A DNA stretch of 64,000 nucleotides from Pyrinomonadaceae bacterium (GTDB taxonomy: Bacteria; Acidobacteriota; Blastocatellia; Pyrinomonadales; Pyrinomonadaceae): positions 595 through 64,594 of the forward strand of contig JBGTIH010000062.1 in assembly GCA_041745765.1 (NCBI GenBank), given 5' to 3'. Below the pieces are notes generated by a model that saw only the letters and a list, made by a program, of their open reading frames with translations, searched no databases and was not told where the DNA came from. Position numbers and translations under genes: made by a program. Of the stretch, positions 28,404 to 39,317 are shown one piece after another (position 1 is the first letter of the stretch; each line of letters opens with the position of its first letter).

Positions 28404-29363
28404 TCAAATATTTTTTAATAAAACTTTCATTACGCCCTTTTGCGCCGCCTTTTCCAACGCGCTTACGCCTTCGTTTAAACCGAATTCCGCGCTGATCAGA
28501 TTTTCAACCTCGACTTCCCTTTTTTGCAGAAGTTCCAAAGCCGCGCCGAACTTGCCGCAGCGCGAACCGATGATCGAAATCTCATCTACGACGACGCGCC
28601 ACATTTCCAAATTTGTCTTGCCCTGAAAGGTTGATTTCAGAACGAGTTTTCCGCGCGGTTTTAACAAATCAAGAGCCAGACCGAAACCTGATTCCGAACC
28701 GCTCGCTTCGACAACGACATCGAAATCACGCGCCAATTTTTCGGCATCTTCAAGCAAAACGCCCTCGATATTACGTTTTAAAACCAGATCGAGTTTCTCT
28801 TTGTGCTTGCCGATCAAAACGGTCTTCCGGCTTTTCAGCGCAAGACTCTGAGCGCAGAGATTTCCCAATTTTCCGTCGCCGATCACGGCAACGCGGGTTT
28901 CCGGCAAAATTTCAACCTGTTCGGTGATTCCGAAAGCCGCCGCCAGCGGTTCCGTAAAAACGGCTTGCACGTCTGAAACGCCAGGCGGAACTTCCAGAAG
29001 ATTGCGCGCCGGCAAACTTAAAAATTCGGCGTGTGCGCCGTCGCGTCCGACGATTCCTAAAACTGTTCGATTCGGACAATGGCGCGAATCGTTGCCTCTG
29101 CATTTTTCACAAACTCCGCAGCCCGCGTTTATTTCGCCGACAACTCTTTTTCCAACAAGGTGTTGCGCATCGCCCGCCTTTTCGACAATGCCGACGAATT
29201 CGTGTCCGATTGTGCCTTCAAAACCCGCGTAACCGCGTACGATTTCCAGATCGGTGTTGCAAATTCCCGACATTAAAACGCGAATAATTGCTTCCGATTC
29301 TTTTTCCGGCTTGGGAATTTCAGCTAAACTCAGTTTTTTGTTTTCAAATGTTAAGGCTTTCAT
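28404..29363 (-). CDS. Zn-dependent alcohol dehydrogenase (MDR superfamily)
   Basis: CNTDLEI...GHEFVG catalytic Zn motif, structural Zn Cys cluster GCGVCEKCRGNDSRHC, and Rossmann motif VIGDGKLG. Confidence 0.85.
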   Translation of the reverse strand: MKALTFENKKLSLAEIPKPEKESEAIIRVLMSGICNTDLEIVRGYAGFEGTIGHEFVGIVEKAGDAQHLVGKRVVGEINAGCGVCEKCRGNDSRHCPNRTVLGIVGRDGAHAEFLSLPARNLLEVPPGVSDVQAVFTEPLAAAFGITEQVEILPETRVAVIGDGKLGNLCAQSLALKSRKTVLIGKHKEKLDLVLKRNIEGVLLEDAEKLARDFDVVVEASGSESGFGLALDLLKPRGKLVLKSTFQGKTNLEMWRVVVDEISIIGSRCGKFGAALELLQKREVEVENLISAEFGLNEGVSALEKAAQKGVMKVLLKNI

Positions 29364-29412
29364 AAATTATTTATTAGTGATGTTTCAGAATTTAAGCAAA
29401 GGAAAAATACTT

Positions 29413-29504
29413 TCGGAATAAGTGAAAAGTGAAAGGTAAATAGTGATAGATGATTCTTCGATAAAACCTATCATTTATCACTTATCACCTTTTACTTATT
29501 CCGA
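29413..29504. repeat. Heptamer-word hairpin (AAGTGAA/TAGTGAT arms)
   Basis: tcggaataagtgaaaagtgaaaggtaaatagtgatagatga ... tatcatttatcacttatcaccttttacttattccga. Confidence 0.75.
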
Positions 29505-29543
29505 AATGTAAAAGCCTAAAAAACTTCGTTCCGCATAAATCCT

Positions 29544-30515
29544 TTATTTAACGAAATAAACCTTCAGATCGCGTTCGCTCGTGATTTTCCATCCGGCGCC
29601 CGTATTTCGGAGTTTTAACTGCGTCTGAACCTTACCTTCCGAAGTTTTCTCGAAATTCTGAAAAACCCACGCTTTATCAAAAACGGCGGTTGCCGTTTCG
29701 CCCGTTTTGTCGGGCGTAATGCTTAGATTGCTGAAATTCATTTTTATCGAATCATACTGCGTAAAGGCTTTCTGCTTATCGTTTCGGACAAAACTTTTGG
29801 CGGCGTTTTTCTTATTGTAATAATCGAGATTTTCGTCATAGCTTTCCATATAAGCATTTAAGTTGCGCGATTCCGCCAGAGATTTCCACGAATAAATCCG
29901 GTCGGAAACCTGTTTTTTAACTTCTTCCGCATCGAAATTCGGCGGCGGAGTTGCGGTTTTAACAGGCATTTGCGCGGCGTTGGAATCTTTTTTGGTCGGC
30001 GCGGGAGTCGGCGAATCTTTTTCGGCATCATCATCTTTTGAGATTATTTTTTCATCGCTGTTTGGTTTAGTATTCGTGTTTGCGGCGATTTCATTTCGAT
30101 CTTTCGAGAAATAAAACCACCACGCGCCGATTCCGGCAACGCCGAAAAGAATGAGCATAACGAGCGCGGTCGTTAAAACCGCGACTAAAGCATTCGATTT
30201 CTGCGGCGGCATGGGCGACGCGGGATATGAAGCAATCTGTGTTTCGCGGCTTTTTTCCCAATTTTCGGCGGACGATTCCGGCACGTTAACCCGCATTTGA
30301 CGGGCATCTTTGTTAGTCGTAAAACGATTGGTCGGCTCGTTTGCAAAAAACTGTTCGGTTACTTCGTCTTCTGTCGTTTGTCCGCTTTGCCCGAAAGCGA
30401 GCGTCGGCGTTTCTGTGTGTGAATCTGCGCTCCCGACCAACGACGTTCCATCCTGCAGACAGAATTTCAGCGTGTCATCGGCATAACTCGAACGGCACTT
30501 CGGACAATGTTTCAT
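29544..30515 (-). CDS. Zinc-ribbon membrane protein with a C-terminal extracytoplasmic domain (hypothetical)
   Basis: MKHCPKCRS...FCLQDG zinc ribbon, one TM helix (ALVAVLTTALVMLILFGVAGIGAWWFYF), and a C-terminal ~130-aa globular domain. Confidence 0.6.
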   Translation of the reverse strand: MKHCPKCRSSYADDTLKFCLQDGTSLVGSADSHTETPTLAFGQSGQTTEDEVTEQFFANEPTNRFTTNKDARQMRVNVPESSAENWEKSRETQIASYPASPMPPQKSNALVAVLTTALVMLILFGVAGIGAWWFYFSKDRNEIAANTNTKPNSDEKIISKDDDAEKDSPTPAPTKKDSNAAQMPVKTATPPPNFDAEEVKKQVSDRIYSWKSLAESRNLNAYMESYDENLDYYNKKNAAKSFVRNDKQKAFTQYDSIKMNFSNLSITPDKTGETATAVFDKAWVFQNFEKTSEGKVQTQLKLRNTGAGWKITSERDLKVYFVK

Positions 30516-30680
30516 AGTTTTATTTCCCGCATTTTTGCTTATCCGTAAATTAAAAATCCCAGTCCGGCGGCGGAGCAGTAATTATAACTATAAACCTACA
30601 TAAATTCGTTTCCAAATTTACTTTTACCGAAACACTATTTATACTTTTAAAATATTTTGCACAAATCAGGAATAAAAAAA

Positions 30681-31331
30681 ATGTTGAAAATTAAAAATTA
30701 TCGAAAAATATTATTTGCGCTTTTAATACTGGCTCTTCCGTCACTGCTGATTTCCTGCACCGAGGCGGAAACGAAGGTCGAACCCGGAAACGCCGCATCG
30801 CCGACCGAAGCCTACAAAATGCTCTACACGGCGGTAAAAAGCAAAGACACCGAAAAGATCAAACAAATGATGTCGAAAGGAACAGTCGCTTTTGCCGACG
30901 GCGTTTCAAAACAGCAAAACAAAGAGATCGGAGAGATTTTCGCCAACGGTTTTACGGCAACCACTTTTGCCGAAACGATGCCGGAAATCCGCGACGAACG
31001 CATCAATAACAATTACGGCAAGGTCGAAGTTTTTAATCAAAAAGACAATCGCTGGGAAGATCTGCCGTTTATCAATGAAGACGGCGGCTGGAAACTTGCC
31101 GTCGGGGATATTTTTGCCGGAACATTTCAAGACCCCGGAAAATCGGCGGCGCAAATTCAGGCTGATGCCGCCAATGTCAATAAAATGATTCCACTGTCGC
31201 CTGATATTGACGGAAACTTTTCAAGCGGCGATCCGACGATGAATGCCAATACGAATATGAAAACAAATGCTAATACGTCAAACGTCAACACCGCGCAGGT
31301 CAAACCCGAAGATCAAAACGAAAAGAAATAA
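30681..31331 (+). CDS. Hypothetical lipoprotein
   Basis: Lipobox-like ...LPSLLISC. The ATG at 30681 is preferred over the TTG at 30657. Confidence 0.6.
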   Translation: MLKIKNYRKILFALLILALPSLLISCTEAETKVEPGNAASPTEAYKMLYTAVKSKDTEKIKQMMSKGTVAFADGVSKQQNKEIGEIFANGFTATTFAETMPEIRDERINNNYGKVEVFNQKDNRWEDLPFINEDGGWKLAVGDIFAGTFQDPGKSAAQIQADAANVNKMIPLSPDIDGNFSSGDPTMNANTNMKTNANTSNVNTAQVKPEDQNEKK

Positions 31332-31372
31332 TGATTACGGAAAATCTGATTCGTGATATTTTATCGCAATAC

Positions 31373-31410
31373 GCAAAACACGGCTAGAATCTAAGCCGTG
31401 TTTTGCTTTT
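31373..31410 (+). terminator. Terminator-like hairpin after the lipoprotein gene
   Basis: GCAAAACACGGCT-agaatcta-AGCCGTGTTTTGC followed by TTTT. Confidence 0.6.
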
Positions 31411-31672
31411 ACCGGAAACCGCAAAAAAACTTTCCGACTCGCTTGACGCGCTTTTCGGCGATGCCGAGATTGTTTCAAGCGGTGTAAACGCGGCGTGGTT
31501 TTCGCGTCCTTCAAAGAAAAATCGAGTGGCGTGGGAGCTTCGCCACCTAAGCGAGAATCCATTTGCGCTTTTTGAAACTTTCGATGAAAATGACGATAAA
31601 GATTTTATCAAAGAATCTTTAAACGAAATGGAAACCCGTTTGCAAGATCGCACATCAAAGCACAAGAATTGA
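31403..31672 (+). CDS. Hypothetical small protein (start uncertain; see the finding on the in-frame TAG)
   Basis: 89-aa ORF with protein-like composition. The only start in the ORF is a TTG inside the upstream hairpin. Confidence 0.35.
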   Translation: MLLPETAKKLSDSLDALFGDAEIVSSGVNAAWFSRPSKKNRVAWELRHLSENPFALFETFDENDDKDFIKESLNEMETRLQDRTSKHKN

Positions 31673-31697
31673 GTCGGCAATTTACAATTTCAGTAAA

Positions 31698-32336
31698 TTG
31701 TTGCAAACTATCCATATTGAAATGATGATTAAAGATTTCGGTGCGCGGGTTATAAGTGTTTGGGAAGGCTTGCGACCGATGACACAAAAAATGTTGGTCG
31801 GTGCGTTACAAACGAGCTTTGAAAAAACCAACCCACCAACCCAAAAATTCTCTTACGACACCCACGCCGATTGGGAACTTAGCCGTTTGCTTTCTGCGCT
31901 CGATGAACAGACAAACGATGAAGAAATCAAGAAAGACGCGGAAAATTTAAGGGAAATAAAACAATTAGCCGACACGTGCGCCAGGGTTTTGCAGGCGCAA
32001 ACCGAATCTGCCGAAGTTTATATCCAGCTCGTCAAACGCGCGATTTCCCGCAGCGATTATGATTTAATTGACCGCTTGGGCGATATTCTCGTGCAAAGAT
32101 TTTCAATCGGCGAAATTGCGGAAATCATCCGGCAAACAAAATCGCCGCACATCTGCGCGATCGCTTACGAAACGCTTGCCTTAAAACCCGTCCAGATGCT
32201 TCTGCCGCTGCTCGATGATCCGATTTATTTTGAAATCGGACGAACCTCCATCGAACAGCAAGCGTATGAATTCGACAATATGGAAGCCCAGCGCGTGATT
32301 GCCGAATTGGAATCGGATGATTACGATTTCGATTAA
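31698..32336 (+). CDS. Hypothetical protein
   Basis: 212-aa ORF, helical and acidic, with no motif recognised. Confidence 0.55.
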   Translation: MLQTIHIEMMIKDFGARVISVWEGLRPMTQKMLVGALQTSFEKTNPPTQKFSYDTHADWELSRLLSALDEQTNDEEIKKDAENLREIKQLADTCARVLQAQTESAEVYIQLVKRAISRSDYDLIDRLGDILVQRFSIGEIAEIIRQTKSPHICAIAYETLALKPVQMLLPLLDDPIYFEIGRTSIEQQAYEFDNMEAQRVIAELESDDYDFD

Positions 32337-32359
32337 CCGGAAACAAAAAAAATACGAAA

Positions 32360-32399
32360 AAATGAGAAGTGAAAAATTTTAACATTTCACTTCTCATTT
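32360..32399. terminator. Bidirectional terminator hairpin between convergent genes
   Basis: Perfect 15-bp stem AAATGAGAAGTGAAA-10 nt-TTTCACTTCTCATTT with A/T-rich flanks. Confidence 0.7.
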
Positions 32400-32411
32400 C
32401 TTATTTCTCAC

Positions 32412-33404
32412 TTAACTTCCCTGCTTTTTCATCAAATCGGCGTATTGACCGTCGTCAACCCACTTTAGAATTTCGGAAACGCGCCAGATCGGAAACGGAT
32501 GCGAAAGTCCGGCATTGATAATGTCCGCCCAGAATTTATCGAGTTTTTTCTCGTCGTAATTTTTCTGAAATTCGCGAGCTTGCTCTAAAAACAGTTCATA
32601 ATTTATTTTTGAAGCGAGCGTTCCGCCGGCGAGTTTCATCATCGTTTTGCCGATCACGTGCGGGTCTTGCGTCACGAGCAGCGCGGCTCTGTCGCAGGAA
32701 AGTTCCGCCCGGCGCATCCACGCCAGAAGCGCGCCGCGCATCGAAGCCGTCAGTAATTCCTTGATCAGTCCGGCAATCGGAAGCGATGCCAGCGGAATCG
32801 TCGCCACCGCCAAAAGCAGTTGCGCCGCCGTCAGATAAAGCACGTGTTCGGCGTGAATATGCCCGACTTCGTGCGCGATTACCGCTAAAACTTCATCTTC
32901 GTTCAACCGTTCGAGAAGTCCCGAATGCAGAACGATAATCGGTCGGTCAACGCCGCCCGTAAAAGCATTAACAATCGGATTTTGCTGAATAAACAAATCC
33001 GGCATATCCACGCCGAGCGTCGTGCAAGCAATCTGCAATTTAGCGTGCAGATCGGGACACTGCTTCGGCGTAACCTTGACCGCGCTCGCCATAAAAGTTA
33101 CGCGAATCGCCGATTCGCCCGTAACCTTGAGAAGTTGTTTCAAAGCCGTGTCAATTCCCGGAATCGCCCGCAGCGCGGCAAGGGCTTTACTGTCCGCCGG
33201 ATGAATATACTCGTGTTTGCTCAGATCGGCAAACTTTTTGTGAAATTCGTTGGAAAGCGGTAATTTACAACGCCCGCATTTAGCTTCGCCGTTTACATAA
33301 CCTTCTTTGACGGTATTTTTTTGACCGCAATACCGGCATCGAACAAATAAAGTTTTTTCAACTGCTGCTGATTCGCTGTTGGAATCTGTTTTTTTTCTTG
33401 CCAT
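32412..33404 (-). CDS. M48-family Zn metalloprotease with an N-terminal zinc ribbon
   Basis: HEVGHIHAEH (HExxH) motif and N-terminal CRYCGQ...CGRC, 330 aa. Confidence 0.85.
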   Translation of the reverse strand: MARKKTDSNSESAAVEKTLFVRCRYCGQKNTVKEGYVNGEAKCGRCKLPLSNEFHKKFADLSKHEYIHPADSKALAALRAIPGIDTALKQLLKVTGESAIRVTFMASAVKVTPKQCPDLHAKLQIACTTLGVDMPDLFIQQNPIVNAFTGGVDRPIIVLHSGLLERLNEDEVLAVIAHEVGHIHAEHVLYLTAAQLLLAVATIPLASLPIAGLIKELLTASMRGALLAWMRRAELSCDRAALLVTQDPHVIGKTMMKLAGGTLASKINYELFLEQAREFQKNYDEKKLDKFWADIINAGLSHPFPIWRVSEILKWVDDGQYADLMKKQGS

Positions 33405-33649
33405 AGAATTTAAGTGTAATTTACAAGTCTCGGATATTTCAAATGTCTGTGGTGTTAAACGTCAGAAAAATCAATTTGTTTGTTTATTTGTGAGGCATTT
33501 GCGCAACATTTATGAAAATTTGACTTCCGTTTTCAGTTTTTAGAGGCAATTCGCAAAAGGACGGTGGAAGAACCGAAAATCAGTCGGGCTAATTGAACGA
33601 AGCGCAAGATACGTTGGAAATTAACGTCAAGATATTTTTTACGCGAAAC

Positions 33650-34864
33650 TTAATGCACGGAATCGAAAACTAAGCGCACAACCGTTTCAATATGATGAGT
33701 TTGCGGAAATAAATCTATCGCGGTAATTTTTTCGATCTTGTAACCGTTTGCGGTTAAGATTTTCAAATCACGTGCCAGAATCGAAGGTTCGCACGAAACG
33801 TAAGAGATTTCTTTCGGTTGCAGTTTGATCAGATTTTCGATGGTTTCTTTTTCCGTTCCGGCACGCGGCGGATCGAGCAAGACAAAATCTATATTTTTAA
33901 ATTCTTCGCTGTTTTCCCGTAAAAAATCGGAAACCGGTTCGCGGTAAAATTCCGCGTTTTCGAGCCGCGCGTTTTCCGCATTTTTTTCCGCAAAATCAAC
34001 CGCCCGCTGATAGGCTTCAACACCGACGACTTTTCCGAAACTTTCCGCCAGCGGCAGCGTGAAAAGCCCGACTCCGCAATAGAGATCGAGCGCGATTTCG
34101 CCCTTCGCGCCGGAAATCGCCGACTCAATCAGTTTTTCGATTAAAAACGGATTTCCCTGAAAAAAGATATTCGCGCTGTAAAAGTATTTTCTATCGTTCA
34201 GCTCAAAGGCGATTTCTTCGGTCGGTTCGAGAATTTCGTCGGAAAAAATAGAAACTTTTTCGCCGGCATTTGCCGCTTCGATCTCGACAATTTCCGCATA
34301 AAAACTTTCCCAAACGATGCTTTCGCGCAGTTCGGAAAGCGTTTCGTTTAATTCGGGCGTGAGTATCGGGCAATGCGCGACATCTATAACGCGATGCGAA
34401 TTTCTCTGAAAATAACCGATTTTTCTGCGCCGCGTGTCAATGTGCCACTGAGCGCGGGCGCGGTAATCGAACGGTTTCGGACTCGCAATTATTTCGATTT
34501 CACCTTGAAAATCAATTTTAGCGAGCCGCGTCAGACAATCGCGCAAGATTTCGATTTTGGCTTCGAGCTGCGCGTCATACGGCATTTGCTGAAAATTACA
34601 GCCGCCGCATTTGCCAAAATAAACGCACGGCGGCTCAATTCTCTCCGGCGAAGGTTCGAGAATTTCCAGAATTTCGGCAAATGCGGTTTTGCCTTTTATT
34701 TGATAAATTTTGATGCGAAGCCGGTCGCTTCTCACAGAAAGTGGCACAAAAACGGTTAAATTTTCGGCAAACGCCAGACCGTAGCCGTTCGGCACGATTT
34801 TTTCGATTGAAACTTCTAAAATTTCACCGTTTTTATATTTTCTGCTCAAATTAAACGCTCTCAA
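33650..34864 (-). CDS. RlmD/RumA-type 23S rRNA (uracil-C5)-methyltransferase
   Basis: N-terminal TRAM-like domain, Fe-S Cys cluster (CVYFGKCGGCNFQ), and SAM motif LDLYCGVGLFTL. The start could be the TTG at 34864 or the TTG at 34849. Confidence 0.85.
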   Translation of the reverse strand: MRAFNLSRKYKNGEILEVSIEKIVPNGYGLAFAENLTVFVPLSVRSDRLRIKIYQIKGKTAFAEILEILEPSPERIEPPCVYFGKCGGCNFQQMPYDAQLEAKIEILRDCLTRLAKIDFQGEIEIIASPKPFDYRARAQWHIDTRRRKIGYFQRNSHRVIDVAHCPILTPELNETLSELRESIVWESFYAEIVEIEAANAGEKVSIFSDEILEPTEEIAFELNDRKYFYSANIFFQGNPFLIEKLIESAISGAKGEIALDLYCGVGLFTLPLAESFGKVVGVEAYQRAVDFAEKNAENARLENAEFYREPVSDFLRENSEEFKNIDFVLLDPPRAGTEKETIENLIKLQPKEISYVSCEPSILARDLKILTANGYKIEKITAIDLFPQTHHIETVVRLVFDSVH

Positions 34865-35171
34865 CCTCGATTTCGATTCCGCCGACCATTTTGGCGAAAA
34901 TATTATAGATCAGCGAACCGATTATACCGCTGATAAATCCCATAATTCCATAAATAACCGGAAAAGCAACGATCATAACCAGTCCCATCACAATACCGCC
35001 GCCGCCCGCCGCCAGACCTTCGCGCTGTCCCAATCCGATGACCATCACGCTCATCAAAATCATCATCAGACCATAAAGTATGCCGATGATCAGACCGATC
35101 ACCGCAAACATTACCGCATACATTTTAGCAACTGACAGAATATCGAATTTTTTGATTCTAAGTTTATTCAT
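34851..35171 (-). CDS. Small integral membrane protein (hypothetical)
   Basis: 106 aa with three Gly/Ile-rich TM helices. Confidence 0.6.
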   Translation of the reverse strand: MNKLRIKKFDILSVAKMYAVMFAVIGLIIGILYGLMMILMSVMVIGLGQREGLAAGGGGIVMGLVMIVAFPVIYGIMGFISGIIGSLIYNIFAKMVGGIEIEVESV

Positions 35172-35234
35172 TTTTTTGTCCTCTTTTTAGAATTTGGATA
35201 AAGACGGGTAAATAAATGTATTTTTTGCTTAGAT

Positions 35235-36005
35235 TTATAAATAAAATAAACTCAGCCGCGGAATTTCGCGTTCATCCCGAAGTTTTTTAAGAAGCATCAG
35301 CTTAAATGTCCGCTCATAAACTTCTCTTTCCATTTTTGTCTGATAATCGGCGATTTTCTTTGACGTTTCAGCTTTTAATTTTTCGGTAACGAATGATTTT
35401 AATAAAATTTCGTCAATTGAAGCGTCCAATTTTTCGAGATTTTCCTCGAGTTTTTCAGCCGAAAGTTTTTTGTTTTTCAGCTGATTCAAACTTTCCGAAA
35501 CTTTTTCCAAAATTTTCTTCAAATCGCCGACGGCATTTTCGGCGGCGAAATCCAATCCGGCGGAAATTGTTTGAAGATGTTCGGCAATCGTTTCATCGGA
35601 AAACAACTCGTTTTTCGGATGATTTTCTTGGCTTTTATCCGGCGTTTTAATCTCCGTTTTGCCGTTTTTCCCGATTTGCGATTCGAGCCATTCGGCGTAT
35701 TGCGCTTCGATTTCTTCTTTGCAATACGACAGAGATTTGATCGTCCGGCGTTTGTTCGGATTTTTATCGTAAGCATCGAAAACATTTTCGATGCCGCGCA
35801 AAATAATATGAAGCGGCACGCCGCGCTCTTGCCACGTTTCGATCAAAGCCCAATCCAGAGGATTTAAAAGCAAATTGCGCCCGCGCCGGCGGATAAAAGC
35901 TTCTTCGATTTCGGAAAAATAGTTAAAGTAATTCAATGGTGAATGGTGAACGGTGAATGGTGAATTATAAATTGGTTTTTTTATTAACCATTCATCATTC
36001 CCCAT
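35235..36005 (-). CDS. Hypothetical protein with a C-terminal coiled coil
   Basis: 256-aa ORF. The first ~24 codons are encoded by the hairpin repeat at 35934-36014, so the true start may be the TTG at 35936. Confidence 0.55.
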   Translation of the reverse strand: MGNDEWLIKKPIYNSPFTVHHSPLNYFNYFSEIEEAFIRRRGRNLLLNPLDWALIETWQERGVPLHIILRGIENVFDAYDKNPNKRRTIKSLSYCKEEIEAQYAEWLESQIGKNGKTEIKTPDKSQENHPKNELFSDETIAEHLQTISAGLDFAAENAVGDLKKILEKVSESLNQLKNKKLSAEKLEENLEKLDASIDEILLKSFVTEKLKAETSKKIADYQTKMEREVYERTFKLMLLKKLRDEREIPRLSLFYL

Positions 36006-36014
36006 TCACCATTA
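35934..36014. repeat. Heptamer-word hairpin (AATGGTG arms)
   Basis: caatggtgaatggtgaacggtgaatggtgaatt ... aaccattcatcattccccattcaccattaatc. Confidence 0.75.
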
Positions 36015-36015
36015 A

Positions 36016-36273
36016 TCAAAATTTTATCTTCATTCGGCGCAGAGTTCGCAGGTCTTCGTCAGTTAAATCGAGTTCGATTTCTTCGTGAAAATCTTCCGAT
36101 TCATTATCAATTTCCTGCAGACCGATCTCGAGCCGGAGCATCAGATTCGGTTCATAACCGAGACCGCGCAAATACTCTATCGCGTCCGCCACGCGTTCGG
36201 AATTTTCGATTGCCTTATTGATCGCTTCGCCGAGTTCGCGCACGGCTCTTTGTGCATTTTTATCGAGTTCCAT
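36016..36273 (-). CDS. Small acidic hypothetical protein
   Basis: 85-aa ORF with no motif recognised. Confidence 0.5.
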   Translation of the reverse strand: MELDKNAQRAVRELGEAINKAIENSERVADAIEYLRGLGYEPNLMLRLEIGLQEIDNESEDFHEEIELDLTDEDLRTLRRMKIKF

Positions 36274-36322
36274 TTTCTATTAGCGATGCTACGCGACTCG
36301 CGCGAAAGTTTCAAGTTCGCAT

Positions 36323-36455
36323 AAAAGTTCAAAGTTTAGAGTTCAAAGTTCAGAGTTATCGTTTAGAATAGCATTGCTTATAATTTTGCATTTCAAAAAA
36401 CATTTGCTTTAAAGTATAACCAAACCTTGAACATTAAACTTTGAACTTTGAACTT
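36323..36455. repeat. Long-loop heptamer-word inverted repeat (AAGTTCA arms) in a divergent spacer
   Basis: aaaagttcaaagtttagagttcaaagttcagagtt ...65 nt... aaccttgaacattaaactttgaactttgaactt. Confidence 0.7.
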
Positions 36456-36463
36456 AAACGAAA

Positions 36464-38053
<1,590 letters not shown>

Positions 38054-38149
38054 AAATTTTGATTTGAACCAATAAAGCCGAAAAAAATTTCACCGAAGAT
38101 TCAAGAAAGCGGCGCCTTAGCGAAAAATGCCGATGTCGTTTTTTTATTT

Positions 38150-39004
38150 TTATTTCGTTTGACCGTTTTCGTTTCCGGCACGTTTGGCTCTGTTTTTTTT
38201 AGGAATGATCGGGCAGCGGTCGTGCAAATTAAACTTGAAGCCTTCCGGCAAAATATGTACCTTGACATTGACGAGCGCGAGATTCTCGCCTTTTTCGGCT
38301 TCCGGTGCGTTTGTATAGCTCATCGCGCCGCCGTCAATGATAGTAACCGCGCCTTCGCCGATTACTTCAAATTTATCTTTATTAACCAGCATCGCCGTGT
38401 TTTCGTCAATTCCAAAGCCTAAATCCTGCGGGAAATGAGCAATTGCGGAAATCAATCTGCCGTATCTGCCGCGCTGCGAAAAATGTGTGTCAATAATCGC
38501 TCCGACGATCAAATCCATTCCGGGTCCGATTTCAACTTCCCGCATCCGTGGATTTTCTTCGTTTGCACCGTTAATAATCATCGAATTGGACATCATCGCC
38601 GCGCCCGCGCTCGTGCCGGCGATGACCAGACCTTCGACATATCTTTGTAGAATTATTTTCTGCAAAGGCGAACCGCCGAGCAGACTCGTAATATGAATCT
38701 GATCGCCGCCCGTAAAAAACAGCGCGGTCGCTTTTTTTATCGCTTCGATGCTTTTTTCCAGCCTCGCATCTTCTCTTTCGGAAACATCCACGACCTTGAT
38801 ATTTTTAGCCCCGAGACTCTTAAAAACTTTAGTGTATTCCTTGCCGACTTCTTCTACCTCGTCGGTGGCAACCGTTAAAATAACAATTTTTGAACTTGCG
38901 TTTCCGGCAAGCTCGACAAATTTTTTCAAAATTCGCGGATTATCTTTCCTTTCTTCGCCACCGCCGATTATTACAAGCTTTCCTCTTGCTTCCGTCAACT
39001 CCAT
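38150..39004 (-). CDS. cphE: Cyanophycinase (peptidase S51)
   Basis: LVIIGGGEE..., FFTGGDQ and GTSAGAAMMS (nucleophile elbow), 284 aa. Confidence 0.8.
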   Translation of the reverse strand: MELTEARGKLVIIGGGEERKDNPRILKKFVELAGNASSKIVILTVATDEVEEVGKEYTKVFKSLGAKNIKVVDVSEREDARLEKSIEAIKKATALFFTGGDQIHITSLLGGSPLQKIILQRYVEGLVIAGTSAGAAMMSNSMIINGANEENPRMREVEIGPGMDLIVGAIIDTHFSQRGRYGRLISAIAHFPQDLGFGIDENTAMLVNKDKFEVIGEGAVTIIDGGAMSYTNAPEAEKGENLALVNVKVHILPEGFKFNLHDRCPIIPKKNRAKRAGNENGQTK

Positions 39005-39317
39005 AATTTGTAACTCCCCCTCTAAAACTTAAAGCAAAACACTTTAACGGAAACAATATCTGCCGCACTCCTTCCGATAAAATTCAGTAAAAAAAAATAC
39101 AACCGTTATCAAATGCAAAAATAGGTGACAGCTGGCAGTTGGCGTTTTTCAAACAAAAATTATTAGCCTCTTTCCGCTCTTTCATTTAGTCGTAATCAAT
39201 TACGATATAATTGATCTTTAAATTGGATAAAGTCGAGCTAAGTGAGTTTATGGTCAAAGAGAAAGACAGTTCTGTTTTTAAGAAAACTGTCTTTCTTGAG
39301 TAAAATCGTCTTTTTCA

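Noticed and set aside
36274-36463. A cobalamin riboswitch upstream of the mutase gene, and similarly upstream of the receptor genes at 7459-7676 and 58790-59049.
   Set aside because: These leaders are AT-rich and I could not find a B12-box-like GC-rich core. This was checked only by eye.
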